64,000 bases of DNA from Escherichia coli (GTDB lineage: Bacteria; Pseudomonadota; Gammaproteobacteria; Enterobacterales; Enterobacteriaceae): assembly GCF_013122565.1 (NCBI RefSeq), contig NZ_CP053258.1; one strand, given 5' to 3'. The first letter of the stretch is position 1, and the number at the start of each line of letters is the position of its first letter. Both the position numbers and the translations under genes were made by a program. Below are positions 22,471 through 35,762 of the stretch, piece after piece. The notes beneath the pieces were generated by a model. The model was not told where the DNA came from. It did not search any database and was given only the letters and a program-made list of their open reading frames with translations.

Positions 22471-25085
22471 GTATCCTGACCCGGTGGTTGCTTATCCCGC
22501 CGGTCAACGCGCGGCTTATCGGGCGTTATCGCGATTATCGTCGTCACGGTGCGTCGGCTTTCAGCGCGACGCTCGGCTGTTTCTGGATGATCCTGGCCTG
22601 GATTTTTATTCCGCTGGAGCACCCGCGCTGGCAGCGTATTCGCGCAGAACATAAAAACCTGTATCCGCATATCAACGCCTCGCGTCCGCGTCCGCTGGAC
22701 CCGGTCCGTTATCTCATTCAAACATGCTGGTTACTGATCGGTGCATCGCGCAAAGAAACGCCGAAACCGCGCAGGCGGGCATTTTCAGGTCTGCAGAATA
22801 TTCGTGGACGTTACCATCAATGGATGAACGAGCTGCCTGAGCGCGTTAGCCATAAAACACAGCATCTTGATGAGAAAAAAGAGCTCGGCCATTTGAGTGC
22901 CGGGGCGCGGCGGTTGATCCTCGGTATCATCGTCACCTTCTCGCTGATTCTGGCGTTAATCTGCGTTACTCAGCCGTTTAACCCGCTGGCGCAGTTTATC
23001 TTCCTGATGCTGCTGTGGGGGGTAGCGCTGATCGTACGGCGGATGCCGGGGCGCTTCTCGGCGCTAATGTTGATTGTGCTGTCGCTGACCGTTTCTTGCC
23101 GTTATATCTGGTGGCGCTACACCTCTACGCTGAACTGGGATGATCCGGTTAGCCTGGTGTGCGGGCTTATTCTGCTCTTCGCCGAAACGTACGCGTGGAT
23201 TGTGCTGGTGCTCGGCTACTTCCAGGTAGTATGGCCGCTGAATCGTCAGCCGGTGCCATTGCCGAAAGATATGTCGCTGTGGCCGTCGGTGGATATCTTT
23301 GTCCCGACTTACAACGAAGATCTCAACGTGGTGAAAAATACCATTTACGCCTCGCTGGGTATCGACTGGCCGAAAGACAAGCTGAACATCTGGATCCTTG
23401 ATGACGGCGGCAGGGAAGAGTTTCGCCAGTTTGCGCAAAACGTGGGGGTGAAATATATCGCCCGTACTACTCATGAACATGCGAAAGCGGGCAACATCAA
23501 CAATGCGCTGAAATATGCCAAAGGCGAGTTCGTGTCGATTTTCGACTGCGACCACGTACCAACGCGATCGTTCCTGCAAATGACCATGGGCTGGTTCCTG
23601 AAAGAAAAACAACTGGCGATGATGCAGACGCCGCACCACTTCTTCTCGCCGGACCCGTTTGAACGCAACCTGGGGCGTTTTCGTAAAACACCGAACGAAG
23701 GCACGCTGTTCTATGGTTTGGTGCAGGATGGCAACGATATGTGGGACGCCACTTTCTTCTGCGGTTCCTGTGCGGTGATTCGCCGTAAGCCGCTGGATGA
23801 AATTGGCGGCATTGCTGTCGAAACCGTGACTGAAGATGCGCATACTTCTTTGCGTTTGCACCGTCGTGGCTATACCTCCGCGTATATGCGTATTCCGCAG
23901 GCGGCGGGGCTGGCGACCGAAAGTCTGTCGGCGCATATCGGTCAGCGTATTCGCTGGGCGCGCGGGATGGTACAAATCTTCCGTCTCGATAACCCGCTTA
24001 CCGGTAAAGGGCTGAAGTTTGCTCAGCGGCTATGTTACGTCAACGCCATGTTCCACTTCTTGTCGGGCATTCCACGGCTGATCTTCCTGACTGCGCCGCT
24101 GGCGTTCCTGCTGCTTCATGCCTACATCATCTACGCGCCTGCATTGATGATCGCCCTGTTTGTGCTGCCGCATATGATTCATGCCAGCCTGACTAACTCG
24201 AAGATCCAGGGCAAATATCGCCACTCGTTCTGGAGTGAAATCTACGAAACGGTTCTGGCGTGGTATATCGCACCACCGACGCTGGTGGCGCTGATTAACC
24301 CGCACAAAGGCAAATTTAACGTCACCGCCAAAGGTGGACTGGTGGAAGAAGAGTACGTCGACTGGGTGATCTCGCGGCCCTACATCTTCCTTGTTCTGCT
24401 CAACCTGGTGGGCGTTGCGGTAGGCATCTGGCGCTACTTCTATGGCCCGCCAACCGAGATGCTCACCGTGGTCGTCAGTATGGTGTGGGTATTCTACAAC
24501 CTGATTGTTCTTGGCGGCGCAGTTGCGGTATCGGTAGAAAGCAAACAGGTACGCCGATCGCACCGCGTGGAGATGACGATGCCCGCGGCAATTGCCCGCG
24601 AAGATGGTCACCTCTTCTCGTGTACCGTTCAGGATTTCTCCGACGGTGGTTTGGGGATCAAGATCAACGGTCAGGCGCAGATTCTGGAAGGGCAGAAAGT
24701 GAATCTGTTGCTTAAACGTGGTCAGCAGGAATACGTCTTCCCGACCCAGGTGGCGCGCGTGATGGGTAATGAAGTTGGGCTGAAATTAATGCCGCTCACC
24801 ACCCAGCAACATATCGATTTTGTGCAGTGTACGTTTGCCCGTGCGGATACATGGGCGCTCTGGCAGGACAGCTATCCGGAAGATAAGCCGCTGGAAAGTC
24901 TGCTGGATATTCTGAAGCTCGGCTTCCGTGGCTACCGCCATCTGGCGGAGTTTGCGCCTTCTTCGGTGAAGGGCATATTCCGTGTGCTGACTTCTCTGGT
25001 TTCCTGGGTTGTATCGTTTATTCCGCGCCGCCCGGAGCGGAGCGAAACGGCACAACCATCGGATCAGGCTTTGGCTCAACAATGA
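22467..25085 (+). CDS. bcsA: Cellulose synthase catalytic subunit BcsA
   Basis: 872 aa; GT2 motifs (DDG, DCD, QTP-type QxxRW region) and C-terminal PilZ region; start overlaps bcsQ stop. Confidence 0.93.
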   Translation: MSILTRWLLIPPVNARLIGRYRDYRRHGASAFSATLGCFWMILAWIFIPLEHPRWQRIRAEHKNLYPHINASRPRPLDPVRYLIQTCWLLIGASRKETPKPRRRAFSGLQNIRGRYHQWMNELPERVSHKTQHLDEKKELGHLSAGARRLILGIIVTFSLILALICVTQPFNPLAQFIFLMLLWGVALIVRRMPGRFSALMLIVLSLTVSCRYIWWRYTSTLNWDDPVSLVCGLILLFAETYAWIVLVLGYFQVVWPLNRQPVPLPKDMSLWPSVDIFVPTYNEDLNVVKNTIYASLGIDWPKDKLNIWILDDGGREEFRQFAQNVGVKYIARTTHEHAKAGNINNALKYAKGEFVSIFDCDHVPTRSFLQMTMGWFLKEKQLAMMQTPHHFFSPDPFERNLGRFRKTPNEGTLFYGLVQDGNDMWDATFFCGSCAVIRRKPLDEIGGIAVETVTEDAHTSLRLHRRGYTSAYMRIPQAAGLATESLSAHIGQRIRWARGMVQIFRLDNPLTGKGLKFAQRLCYVNAMFHFLSGIPRLIFLTAPLAFLLLHAYIIYAPALMIALFVLPHMIHASLTNSKIQGKYRHSFWSEIYETVLAWYIAPPTLVALINPHKGKFNVTAKGGLVEEEYVDWVISRPYIFLVLLNLVGVAVGIWRYFYGPPTEMLTVVVSMVWVFYNLIVLGGAVAVSVESKQVRRSHRVEMTMPAAIAREDGHLFSCTVQDFSDGGLGIKINGQAQILEGQKVNLLLKRGQQEYVFPTQVARVMGNEVGLKLMPLTTQQHIDFVQCTFARADTWALWQDSYPEDKPLESLLDILKLGFRGYRHLAEFAPSSVKGIFRVLTSLVSWVVSFIPRRPERSETAQPSDQALAQQ

Positions 25086-25095
25086 TGATAACGCG

Positions 25096-27435
25096 ATGAA
25101 AAGAAAACTATTCTGGATTTGTGCAGTGGCTATGGGGATGAGTGCGTTCCCCTCTTTCATGACGCAGGCGACGCCAGCAACGCAACCACTGATCAATGCT
25201 GAGCCAGCTGTAGCCGCCCAGACGGAACAGAATCCGCAGGTTGGGCAAGTGATGCCGGGCGTGCAGGGCGCTGATGCGCCAGTCGTGGCGCAGAACGGTC
25301 CTTCGCGTGATGTGAAGCTGACCTTTGCGCAAATTGCGCCGCCGCCGGGAAGCATGGTGCTACGTGGCATTAACCCGAACGGCAGCATTGAGTTTGGTAT
25401 GCGCAGCGATGAAGTGGTGACGAAGGCGATGCTCAACCTCGAATACACGCCATCGCCATCGTTACTGCCTGTCCAGTCGCAGTTAAAGGTTTATCTCAAT
25501 GATGAACTGATGGGCGTGTTGCCAGTGACCAAAGAACAGTTGGGTAAAAAAACGCTGGCGCAAATGCCCATTAACCCACTGTTTATTACCGACTTCAACC
25601 GTGTGCGGCTGGAGTTTGTCGGCCATTATCAGGACGTGTGCGAAAACCCGGCCAGCACCACGCTTTGGCTGGATGTTGGGCGGAGCAGTGGACTGGATTT
25701 GACCTATCAGACCCTGAATGTGAAGAATGACCTGTCACACTTCCCGGTACCATTCTTTGATCCGCGTGATAACCGTACTAACACCTTGCCGATGGTCTTT
25801 GCGGGTGCGCCGGATGTCGGGCTGCAACAAGCATCTGCCATTGTCGCCTCGTGGTTTGGTTCGCGTTCTGGCTGGCGTGGGCAGAACTTCCCGGTGCTCT
25901 ATAACCAGCTGCCGGATCGCAATGCCATTGTTTTTGCCACTAATGACAAACGCCCGGACTTCCTGCGCGATCATCCGGCGGTAAAAGCCCCGGTGATTGA
26001 GATGATCAACCATCCGCAGAATCCTTATGTCAAACTGCTGGTGGTGTTTGGTCGTGACGACAAAGACCTGTTGCAGGCAGCGAAAGGTATCGCTCAGGGT
26101 AACATTCTGTTCCGTGGTGAAAGCGTGGTAGTGAATGAAGTGAAACCGCTGCTACCGCGTAAGCCGTACGATGCGCCGAACTGGGTGCGTACCGATCGTC
26201 CGGTCACCTTTGGTGAACTGAAAACCTATGAAGAACAGTTACAATCCAGCGGTCTTGAGCCGGCAGCGATTAACGTTTCGCTAAACCTGCCACCGGATCT
26301 CTACCTGATGCGCAGTACCGGCATTGATATGGATATCAACTATCGCTACACCATGCCGCCGGTGAAAGACAGTTCGCGGATGGATATCAGCCTGAATAAC
26401 CAGTTCCTGCAATCTTTCAACCTGAGCAGCAAACAGGAGGCGAACCGCCTGCTGCTGCGGATTCCGGTATTACAAGGTTTGCTGGATGGCAAAACGGATG
26501 TCTCTATTCCGGCGCTGAAACTGGGCGCGACCAACCAGCTGCGCTTCGACTTTGAGTATATGAACCCGATGCCGGGCGGTTCGGTGGATAACTGTATTAC
26601 CTTCCAGCCGGTGCAGAATCATGTGGTGATTGGTGACGATTCCACCATCGACTTCTCGAAGTATTACCACTTCATCCCGATGCCGGATCTACGCGCCTTT
26701 GCTAACGCGGGCTTCCCGTTCAGCCGGATGGCGGATCTGTCGCAAACCATCACCGTGATGCCGAAAACGCCTAACGAAGCACAGATGGAAACGTTGCTGA
26801 ATACTGTTGGTTTTATCGGCGCACAGACGGGCTTCCCGGCGATTAATCTGACGGTGACCGATGATGGCAGCACCATTCAGGGCAAAGATGCCGACATCAT
26901 GATCATCGGTGGTATTCCGGACAAATTAAAAGACGATAAGCAAATCGACCTGTTGGTGCAGGCGACCGAAAGCTGGGTGAAAACACCGATGCGCCAGACC
27001 CCGTTCCCCGGCATTGTGCCGGACGAGAGCGATCGCGCGGCAGAAACCCAGTCAACGCTGACCTCTTCCGGTGCGATGGCGGCGGTGATTGGCTTCCAGT
27101 CGCCGTATAACGACCAGCGCAGCGTGATTGCGCTGCTGGCAGATAGCCCACGCGGTTATGAAATGCTTAACGATGCGGTGAACGATAGCGGCAAACGCGC
27201 CACCATGTTCGGTTCGGTCGCGGTGATCCGCGAGTCCGGTATCAACAGCCTACGTGTTGGCGACGTTTATTACGTAGGTCATCTGCCGTGGTTCGAGCGC
27301 TTGTGGTATGCGCTGGCAAACCATCCGATTCTGCTGGCGGTGCTGGCGGCTATCAGTGTGATATTGCTGGCATGGGTACTGTGGCGTCTGCTGCGTATTA
27401 TTAGTCGTCGTCGTCTTAACCCGGATAACGAGTAA
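25096..27435 (+). CDS. bcsB: Cellulose synthase periplasmic subunit BcsB
   Basis: 779 aa from ATG at 25096 (MKRKLFWICAVAMG...), signal peptide, C-terminal TM anchor; ORF-track start 25009 is an extension overlapping bcsA. Confidence 0.92.
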   Translation: MKRKLFWICAVAMGMSAFPSFMTQATPATQPLINAEPAVAAQTEQNPQVGQVMPGVQGADAPVVAQNGPSRDVKLTFAQIAPPPGSMVLRGINPNGSIEFGMRSDEVVTKAMLNLEYTPSPSLLPVQSQLKVYLNDELMGVLPVTKEQLGKKTLAQMPINPLFITDFNRVRLEFVGHYQDVCENPASTTLWLDVGRSSGLDLTYQTLNVKNDLSHFPVPFFDPRDNRTNTLPMVFAGAPDVGLQQASAIVASWFGSRSGWRGQNFPVLYNQLPDRNAIVFATNDKRPDFLRDHPAVKAPVIEMINHPQNPYVKLLVVFGRDDKDLLQAAKGIAQGNILFRGESVVVNEVKPLLPRKPYDAPNWVRTDRPVTFGELKTYEEQLQSSGLEPAAINVSLNLPPDLYLMRSTGIDMDINYRYTMPPVKDSSRMDISLNNQFLQSFNLSSKQEANRLLLRIPVLQGLLDGKTDVSIPALKLGATNQLRFDFEYMNPMPGGSVDNCITFQPVQNHVVIGDDSTIDFSKYYHFIPMPDLRAFANAGFPFSRMADLSQTITVMPKTPNEAQMETLLNTVGFIGAQTGFPAINLTVTDDGSTIQGKDADIMIIGGIPDKLKDDKQIDLLVQATESWVKTPMRQTPFPGIVPDESDRAAETQSTLTSSGAMAAVIGFQSPYNDQRSVIALLADSPRGYEMLNDAVNDSGKRATMFGSVAVIRESGINSLRVGDVYYVGHLPWFERLWYALANHPILLAVLAAISVILLAWVLWRLLRIISRRRLNPDNE

Positions 27436-27441
27436 TTGAAG

Positions 27442-28548
27442 ATGAATGTGTTGCGTAGTGGACTCGTGACGATGCTGCTGCTGGCTGCCTTTAGTGTTCA
27501 GGCAGCCTGTACCTGGCCTGCCTGGGAGCAGTTTAAAAAGGATTACATCAGTCAGGAAGGGCGCGTCATCGACCCCAGCGACGCGCGCAAAATCACCACC
27601 TCCGAAGGGCAAAGTTACGGTATGTTCTTTGCCCTGGCGGCTAACGACCGTGCAGCTTTCGATAATATTCTCGACTGGACGCAGAACAATCTCGCTCAGG
27701 GTTCTTTAAAAGAACGTTTGCCCGCCTGGCTGTGGGGCAAGAAAGAGAACAGTAAGTGGGAAGTGCTGGACAGCAATTCGGCCTCCGATGGTGATGTCTG
27801 GATGGCCTGGTCGTTGCTGGAGGCGGGGCGTTTGTGGAAAGAGCAGCGTTATACCGACATCGGCAGCGCGTTGCTAAAACGTATTGCGCGGGAGGAAGTG
27901 GTGACGGTGCCTGGGCTGGGTTCCATGTTGTTACCGGGCAAAGTGGGTTTTGCTGAGGATAACAGCTGGCGTTTTAACCCCAGCTACCTGCCGCCGACGC
28001 TGGCGCAGTATTTCACCCGCTTTGGCGCGCCGTGGACTACGCTGCGCGAAACCAATCAACGTTTATTGCTGGAAACCGCCCCGAAAGGCTTTTCGCCAGA
28101 CTGGGTGCGCTATGAGAAAGACAAAGGCTGGCAGCTAAAAGCCGAAAAAACATTGATCAGCAGCTACGACGCTATCCGCGTTTACATGTGGGTAGGCATG
28201 ATGCCTGACAGCGATCCGCAGAAAGCGCGGATGCTCAACCGGTTTAAACCGATGGCGACATTCACTGAGAAAAACGGTTATCCGCCGGAAAAAGTGGATG
28301 TGGCTACGGGGAAAGCGCAGGGTAAAGGACCGGTCGGTTTTTCTGCCGCCATGCTGCCCTTTTTACAAAACCGCGATGCGCAGGCCGTTCAGCGCCAGCG
28401 CGTGGCCGATAACTTTCCCGGCAGCGATGCCTATTACAACTATGTGCTGACCCTGTTTGGACAAGGCTGGGATCAACACCGTTTCCGCTTCTCGACAAAA
28501 GGTGAGTTATTACCTGACTGGGGCCAGGAATGCGCAAATTCACACTAA
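27442..28548 (+). CDS. bcsZ: Periplasmic endo-1,4-beta-glucanase (GH8)
   Basis: 368 aa from ATG at 27442 with signal peptide; matches remembered BcsZ. Confidence 0.9.
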   Translation: MNVLRSGLVTMLLLAAFSVQAACTWPAWEQFKKDYISQEGRVIDPSDARKITTSEGQSYGMFFALAANDRAAFDNILDWTQNNLAQGSLKERLPAWLWGKKENSKWEVLDSNSASDGDVWMAWSLLEAGRLWKEQRYTDIGSALLKRIAREEVVTVPGLGSMLLPGKVGFAEDNSWRFNPSYLPPTLAQYFTRFGAPWTTLRETNQRLLLETAPKGFSPDWVRYEKDKGWQLKAEKTLISSYDAIRVYMWVGMMPDSDPQKARMLNRFKPMATFTEKNGYPPEKVDVATGKAQGKGPVGFSAAMLPFLQNRDAQAVQRQRVADNFPGSDAYYNYVLTLFGQGWDQHRFRFSTKGELLPDWGQECANSH

Positions 28549-31500
28549 ACATATTCACGCTTTCCCTCGGTCTGGCCGTCATGCCGATGGTCGAGGCAGC
28601 ACCAACCGCTCAGCAACAGTTGCTGGAGCAAGTTCGGTTAGGCGAAGCGACCCATCGTGAAGATCTGGTGCAACAGTCGTTATATCGGCTGGAACTTATT
28701 GATCCGAATAACCCGGACGTCGTTGCCGCCCGTTTCCGTTCTTTGTTACGTCAGGGCGATATTGATGGCGCGCAAAAACAGCTCGATCGGCTGTCGCAGT
28801 TAGCGCCGAGTTCAAATGCGTATAAATCGTCGCGGACTACGATGCTGCTTTCCACGCCAGATGGTCGTCAGGCACTGCAACAGGCAAGATTGCAGGCGAC
28901 GACTGGTCATGCAGAAGAAGCTGTGGCGAGTTACAACAAACTGTTCAACGGTGCGCCGCCGGAAGGTGACATTGCCGTCGAGTACTGGAGTACGGTGGCG
29001 AAAATTCCGGCTCGCCGTGGCGAAGCGATTAATCAGCTAAAACGCATTAATGCGGATACGCCGGGCAATACGGGCTTGCAAAACAATCTGGCGCTATTGC
29101 TGTTTAGTAGCGATCGCCGTGACGAAGGTTTTGCCGTCCTGGAACAGATGGCGAAATCGAACGCCGGGCGCGAAGGGGCCTCTAAAATCTGGTACGGGCA
29201 GATTAAAGACATGCCCGTCAGTGATGCCAGTGTGTCGGCGCTGAAAAAATATCTTTCGATCTTTAGTGATGGCGATAGCGTGGCGGCTGCGCAATCGCAA
29301 CTGGCAGAACAGCAAAAACAGCTGGCCGATCCTGCTTTCCGCGCTCGTGCGCAAGGTTTAGCGGCGGTGGACTCTGGTATGGCGGGTAAAGCCATTCCCG
29401 AACTACAACAGGCGGTGCGGGCGAACCCGAAAGACAGTGAGGCTCTGGGGGCGCTGGGCCAGGCGTATTCTCAGAAAGGCGATCGCGCCAATGCAGTGGC
29501 GAATCTGGAAAAAGCCCTCGCACTGGATCCGCACAGCAGCAACAACGACAAATGGAACAGTCTGCTGAAAGTAAACCGCTACTGGCTGGCGATCCAGCAG
29601 GGCGATGCTGCGCTGAAAGCCAATAATCCTGACCGGGCAGAACGCCTGTTCCAGCAGGCGCGTAATGTCGATAACACCGACAGTTATGCAGTGCTGGGGC
29701 TGGGCGATGTGGCGATGGCGCGAAAAGATTATCCCGCCGCCGAACGTTATTATCAGCAGACCTTGCGTATGGACAGCGGCAACACTAACGCCGTGCGCGG
29801 GCTGGCAAATATTTACCGCCAGCAATCGCCAGAAAAAGCTGCAGCGTTTATCGCCTCGCTCTCTGCCAGTCAGCGGCGTAGCATTGATGATATCGAACGC
29901 AGCCTGCAAAACGACCGTCTGGCACAGCAGGCAGAGGCACTGGAAAACCAGGGCAAATGGGCGCAGGCGGCAGCACTTCAGCGGCAACGACTGGCGCTGG
30001 ACCCCGGCAGTGTATGGATTACTTACCGACTTTCGCAGGATCTCTGGCAGGCCGGACAACGCAGCCAGGCTGATACGTTAATGCGCAATCTGGCGCAGCA
30101 GAAGCCGAACGACCCGGAGCAGGTTTACGCTTACGGGCTGTACCTCTCTGGTCATGACCAGGACAGAGCGGCGCTGGCGCATATCAACAGCCTGCCGCGT
30201 GCGCAGTGGAGCAGCAATATTCAGGAGCTGGTTAATCGACTGCAAAGCGATCAGGTGCTGGAAACCGCTAATCGCCTGCGAGAAAGCGGCAAAGCAGCTG
30301 AAGCGGAAGCGATGCTGCGTCAGCAACCACCTTCCACGCGTATTGACCTCACGCTGGCTGACTGGGCGCAGCAGCGACGTGATTACACCGCCGCCCGCGC
30401 TGCATATCAGAATGTCCTGACGCGGGAGCCAACTAACGCCGATGCCATTCTGGGGCTGACGGAAGTGGATATTGCTGCCGGTGACACAGCGGCGGCACGT
30501 AGCCAGCTGGCGAAACTGCCCGCTACCGATAACGCCTCGCTGAACACACAGCGGCGCGTGGCGCTGGCGCAGGCGCAGCTTGGCGATACCGCAGCGGCGC
30601 AGCAGACGTTTAATAAGTTGATCCCGCAGGCAAAATCTCAGCCACCGTCGATGGAAAGCGCGATGGTGCTGCGCGACGGTGCGAAGTTTGAAGCGCAGGC
30701 GGGCGATCCAAAGCAGGCGCTGGAAACCTACAAAGACGCCATGGTCGCATCCGGTGTGACTACGACGCGTCCGCAGGATAACGACACCTTTACCCGACTG
30801 ACCCGTAACGACGAGAAAGATGACTGGCTGAAACGCGGCGTGCGCAGCGATGCGGCGGACCTCTATCGCCAGCAGGATCTTAACGTCACCCTTGAGCATG
30901 ATTACTGGGGTTCGAGCGGCACCGGTGGTTACTCCGATCTGAAAGCCCACACTACCATGTTGCAGGTGGATGCGCCGTATTCTGACGGGCGGATGTTCTT
31001 TCGCAGTGATTTCGTCAATATGAATGTCGGCAGTTTCTCCACTAATGCCGATGGCAAATGGAATGACAACTGGGGCACCTGTACATTACAGGATTGTAGC
31101 GGCAACCGCAGCCAGTCGGATTCCGGTGCCAGCGTGGCGGTTGGCTGGCGCAACGACACCTGGAGCTGGGATATCGGCACCACGCCGATGGGCTTCAACG
31201 TGGTGGATGTGGTCGGCGGCATCAGTTACAGCGATGATATCGGGCCGCTGGGTTACACCGTTAACGCCCACCGTCGGCCCATCTCCAGTTCTTTGCTGGC
31301 CTTTGGCGGGCAAAAAGACTCCCCGAGCAATACCGGGAAAAAATGGGGCGGCGTGCGTGCCGACGGCGTGGGGCTAAGCCTGAGCTACGATAAAGGTGAA
31401 GCAAACGGCGTCTGGGCATCGCTTAGTGGCGACCAGTTAACCGGTAAAAATGTCGAAGATAACTGGCGTGTGCGCTGGATGACGGGCTATTACTATAAGG

Positions 31501-32003
31501 TCATCAACCAGAACAATCGCCGCGTCACAATCGGCCTGAACAACATGATCTGGCATTACGACAAAGACCTGAGTGGCTACTCACTAGGTCAGGGCGGTTA
31601 CTACAGCCCGCAGGAATACCTGTCGTTTGCCATACCGGTGATGTGGCGGGAGCGCACGGAAAACTGGTCGTGGGAGCTTGGGGCGTCTGGCTCGTGGTCG
31701 CATTCACGCACCAAAACCATGCCGCGTTATCCGCTGATGAATCTGATCCCGACCGACTGGCAGGAAGAAGCTGCGCGGCAATCCAACGATGGCGGCAGCA
31801 GTCAGGGCTTCGGCTACACGGCGCGGGCATTACTTGAACGACGTGTTACTTCCAACTGGTTTGTCGGCACGGCAATTGATATCCAGCAGGCGAAAGATTA
31901 CGCACCCAGCCATTTCCTGCTCTACGTACGTTATTCCGCCGCCGGATGGCAGGGTGACATGGATTTACCGCCGCAGCCGCTGATACCTTACGCCGACTGG
32001 TAA
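28530..32003 (+). CDS. bcsC: Cellulose synthase outer-membrane/TPR subunit BcsC
   Basis: 1157 aa; signal peptide, long TPR-rich region, C-terminal beta-barrel-like segment. Confidence 0.93.
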   Translation: MRKFTLNIFTLSLGLAVMPMVEAAPTAQQQLLEQVRLGEATHREDLVQQSLYRLELIDPNNPDVVAARFRSLLRQGDIDGAQKQLDRLSQLAPSSNAYKSSRTTMLLSTPDGRQALQQARLQATTGHAEEAVASYNKLFNGAPPEGDIAVEYWSTVAKIPARRGEAINQLKRINADTPGNTGLQNNLALLLFSSDRRDEGFAVLEQMAKSNAGREGASKIWYGQIKDMPVSDASVSALKKYLSIFSDGDSVAAAQSQLAEQQKQLADPAFRARAQGLAAVDSGMAGKAIPELQQAVRANPKDSEALGALGQAYSQKGDRANAVANLEKALALDPHSSNNDKWNSLLKVNRYWLAIQQGDAALKANNPDRAERLFQQARNVDNTDSYAVLGLGDVAMARKDYPAAERYYQQTLRMDSGNTNAVRGLANIYRQQSPEKAAAFIASLSASQRRSIDDIERSLQNDRLAQQAEALENQGKWAQAAALQRQRLALDPGSVWITYRLSQDLWQAGQRSQADTLMRNLAQQKPNDPEQVYAYGLYLSGHDQDRAALAHINSLPRAQWSSNIQELVNRLQSDQVLETANRLRESGKAAEAEAMLRQQPPSTRIDLTLADWAQQRRDYTAARAAYQNVLTREPTNADAILGLTEVDIAAGDTAAARSQLAKLPATDNASLNTQRRVALAQAQLGDTAAAQQTFNKLIPQAKSQPPSMESAMVLRDGAKFEAQAGDPKQALETYKDAMVASGVTTTRPQDNDTFTRLTRNDEKDDWLKRGVRSDAADLYRQQDLNVTLEHDYWGSSGTGGYSDLKAHTTMLQVDAPYSDGRMFFRSDFVNMNVGSFSTNADGKWNDNWGTCTLQDCSGNRSQSDSGASVAVGWRNDTWSWDIGTTPMGFNVVDVVGGISYSDDIGPLGYTVNAHRRPISSSLLAFGGQKDSPSNTGKKWGGVRADGVGLSLSYDKGEANGVWASLSGDQLTGKNVEDNWRVRWMTGYYYKVINQNNRRVTIGLNNMIWHYDKDLSGYSLGQGGYYSPQEYLSFAIPVMWRERTENWSWELGASGSWSHSRTKTMPRYPLMNLIPTDWQEEAARQSNDGGSSQGFGYTARALLERRVTSNWFVGTAIDIQQAKDYAPSHFLLYVRYSAAGWQGDMDLPPQPLIPYADW

Positions 32004-32084
32004 GTTTTCAGATAGCGCCTCTCTTAATGCCGCTGCGATCGGGTATACTCGGGCGGCAATCTGGGATTTCCGGGGGGAGACAAT

Positions 32085-34073
32085 TTGCGCGTAAGTCGCT
32101 CGTTAACAATCAAGCAGATGGCAATGGTGGCAGCCGTTGTCCTGGTGTTCGTTTTTATTTTTTGCACCGTTTTGCTGTTCCATCTGGTCCAGCAGAATCG
32201 CTATAACACGGCTACGCAACTGGAAAGCATTGCTCGCTCTGTCCGCGAACCCTTATCTTCAGCTATTTTGAAAGGCGATATTCCCGAAGCGGAAGCTATT
32301 CTTGCCAGCATTAAACCGGCTGGCGTGGTCAGCCGTGCCGATGTAGTGCTGCCTAACCAGTTCCAGGCGCTGCGTAAAAGATTTATTCCAGAGCGTCCGG
32401 TGCCGGTAATGGTTACTCGCCTGTTTGAGCTACCGGTTCAAATCTCGCTGGGCGTCTACTCGCTCGAACGTCCGGCAAATCCGCAGCCAATTGCCTATCT
32501 GGTGCTACAGGCGGATTCCTTCCGTATGTATAAGTTCGTGATGAGCACCCTCTCAACGTTAGTGACCATTTACTTACTTTTGTCGCTTATCCTGACCGTC
32601 GCCATCAGCTGGTGTATTAATCGACTGATTTTACATCCGTTACGCAATATTGCTCGCGAACTTAACGCCATCCCTGCCCAGGAGCTTGTTGGTCACCAAC
32701 TGGCATTACCACGTCTGCATCAGGATGATGAAATCGGTATGTTGGTGCGCAGTTACAACCTTAACCAGCAATTGCTGCAGCGCCATTATGAAGAACAGAA
32801 CGAAAATGCGATGCGCTTCCCGGTGTCGGATTTGCCGAACAAAGCCTTGCTGATGGAGATGCTGGAGCAGGTTGTCGCGCGTAAACAAACCACCGCGCTG
32901 ATGATCATCACCTGTGAAACCCTGCGTGATACTGCGGGCGTGCTGAAAGAGGCGCAACGAGAAATTCTGCTGCTGACGCTGGTGGAAAAACTCAAATCGG
33001 TACTGTCGCCACGTATGATCCTCGCGCAGATTAGCGGTTATGACTTTGCTGTCATTGCCAATGGTGTACAGGAACCGTGGCACGCAATCACCTTAGGTCA
33101 GCAAGTGCTCACTATCATGAGCGAGCGCCTGCCGATTGAACGTATTCAACTCCGTCCGCACTGTAGCATTGGCGTGGCGATGTTCTACGGCGATCTCACC
33201 GCCGAACAGCTTTACAGTCGCGCTATTTCTGCGGCATTTACCGCTCGCCATAAAGGCAAGAATCAGATTCAGTTCTTTGATCCGCAGCAGATGGAAGCCG
33301 CCCAGAAGCGGTTGACGGAAGAGAGCGATATCCTTAATGCACTGGAAAATCATCAGTTTGCTATTTGGTTACAGCCACAGGTCGAGATGACCAGCGGTAA
33401 ACTGGTCAGTGCGGAAGTGTTACTGCGTATCCAGCAACCGGATGGCAGTTGGGACCTGCCGGATGGCTTAATCGATCGCATTGAGTGCTGTGGGCTGATG
33501 GTTACCGTCGGTCACTGGGTGCTGGAAGAGTCCTGTCGATTGCTTGCAGCCTGGCAAGAGCGCGGCATTATGCTGCCCTTGTCGGTAAACCTCTCTGCGC
33601 TGCAACTGATGCACCCAAATATGGTGGCGGATATGCTGGAACTGTTAACCCGCTATCGCATTCAGCCGGGAACACTGATTCTGGAAGTGACAGAAAGCCG
33701 ACGTATTGACGACCCTCATGCTGCGGTGGCAATCCTCCGTCCGCTGCGCAATGCCGGAGTTCGGGTGGCGCTGGATGATTTCGGCATGGGCTACGCAGGG
33801 CTGCGTCAGCTGCAGCATATGAAATCGTTGCCAATCGACGTACTGAAAATCGACAAAATGTTTGTTGAAGGCTTGCCGGAAGATAGCAGCATGATTGCTG
33901 CAATTATCATGCTGGCGCAGAGCCTGAACTTACAAATGATTGCCGAAGGCGTGGAGACTGAAGCACAACGCGACTGGCTGGCAAAAGCGGGCGTTGGTAT
34001 TGCCCAGGGCTTCCTTTTTGCTCGCCCACTCCCTATTGAAATCTTCGAAGAGAGTTACCTGGAAGAAAAGTAG
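32085..34073 (+). CDS. pdeK: c-di-GMP phosphodiesterase PdeK (HAMP-GGDEF-EAL)
   Basis: 662 aa from TTG start as in ORF track; N-terminal TM/HAMP, degenerate GGDEF, EAL domain with LILEVTE motif; matches remembered YhjK. Confidence 0.85.
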   Translation: MRVSRSLTIKQMAMVAAVVLVFVFIFCTVLLFHLVQQNRYNTATQLESIARSVREPLSSAILKGDIPEAEAILASIKPAGVVSRADVVLPNQFQALRKRFIPERPVPVMVTRLFELPVQISLGVYSLERPANPQPIAYLVLQADSFRMYKFVMSTLSTLVTIYLLLSLILTVAISWCINRLILHPLRNIARELNAIPAQELVGHQLALPRLHQDDEIGMLVRSYNLNQQLLQRHYEEQNENAMRFPVSDLPNKALLMEMLEQVVARKQTTALMIITCETLRDTAGVLKEAQREILLLTLVEKLKSVLSPRMILAQISGYDFAVIANGVQEPWHAITLGQQVLTIMSERLPIERIQLRPHCSIGVAMFYGDLTAEQLYSRAISAAFTARHKGKNQIQFFDPQQMEAAQKRLTEESDILNALENHQFAIWLQPQVEMTSGKLVSAEVLLRIQQPDGSWDLPDGLIDRIECCGLMVTVGHWVLEESCRLLAAWQERGIMLPLSVNLSALQLMHPNMVADMLELLTRYRIQPGTLILEVTESRRIDDPHAAVAILRPLRNAGVRVALDDFGMGYAGLRQLQHMKSLPIDVLKIDKMFVEGLPEDSSMIAAIIMLAQSLNLQMIAEGVETEAQRDWLAKAGVGIAQGFLFARPLPIEIFEESYLEEK

Positions 34074-34219
34074 CTACCCCAAACTGATTACAAAACTTTA
34101 AAAAGTGCTGGTTTGTGCGAGCCAGCTCAAACTTTTTAACCTTTTTGTTTCAATTATGATCCAGGTACATTTCTGTGATGTTGTCTGGGTGTTATTTTAA
34201 GGCCGCAGGTACCCCATAA

Positions 34220-35542
<1,323 letters not shown>

Positions 35543-35555
35543 TCTCATCACTTAT

Positions 35556-35590
35556 GCCCGCACTCCCTTCCCCGAGTGCGGGTGTTTGCG
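35556..35590 (+). terminator. Rho-independent terminator after dctA
   Basis: Stem gcccgcactc / gagtgcgggtg followed by TTTG. Confidence 0.65.
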
Positions 35591-35762
35591 CATAATTGAC
35601 CCCTGTGCCTGAACTTACCACCTGGGTGAGTTCAGGTTTATTTCACTTCTTCCGTGACATTTTCATGTTCTTGCGGTCTAACACGAAGTGTTTTTAACGT
35701 CATTTAGACTGACCGACAACGGGCAGTTTTTTTATTACCAGGATAGTTGATCAGGGGTTCAC

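Noticed and set aside
22431-25448. Multiple minus-strand ORFs (up to 303 aa, e.g. 23064-23975, 24030-24611, 24786-25448) opposite bcsA/bcsB
   Set aside because: Antisense to strongly supported, conserved bcs genes; high-GC antisense frames commonly stay open by chance.
29033-31983. Numerous ORFs on both strands inside bcsC (e.g. 29403-30059, 30078-30950)
   Set aside because: Embedded in the 1157-aa bcsC frame, which is intact and matches the remembered protein length; composition is that of alternative frames of GC-rich TPR-coding DNA.
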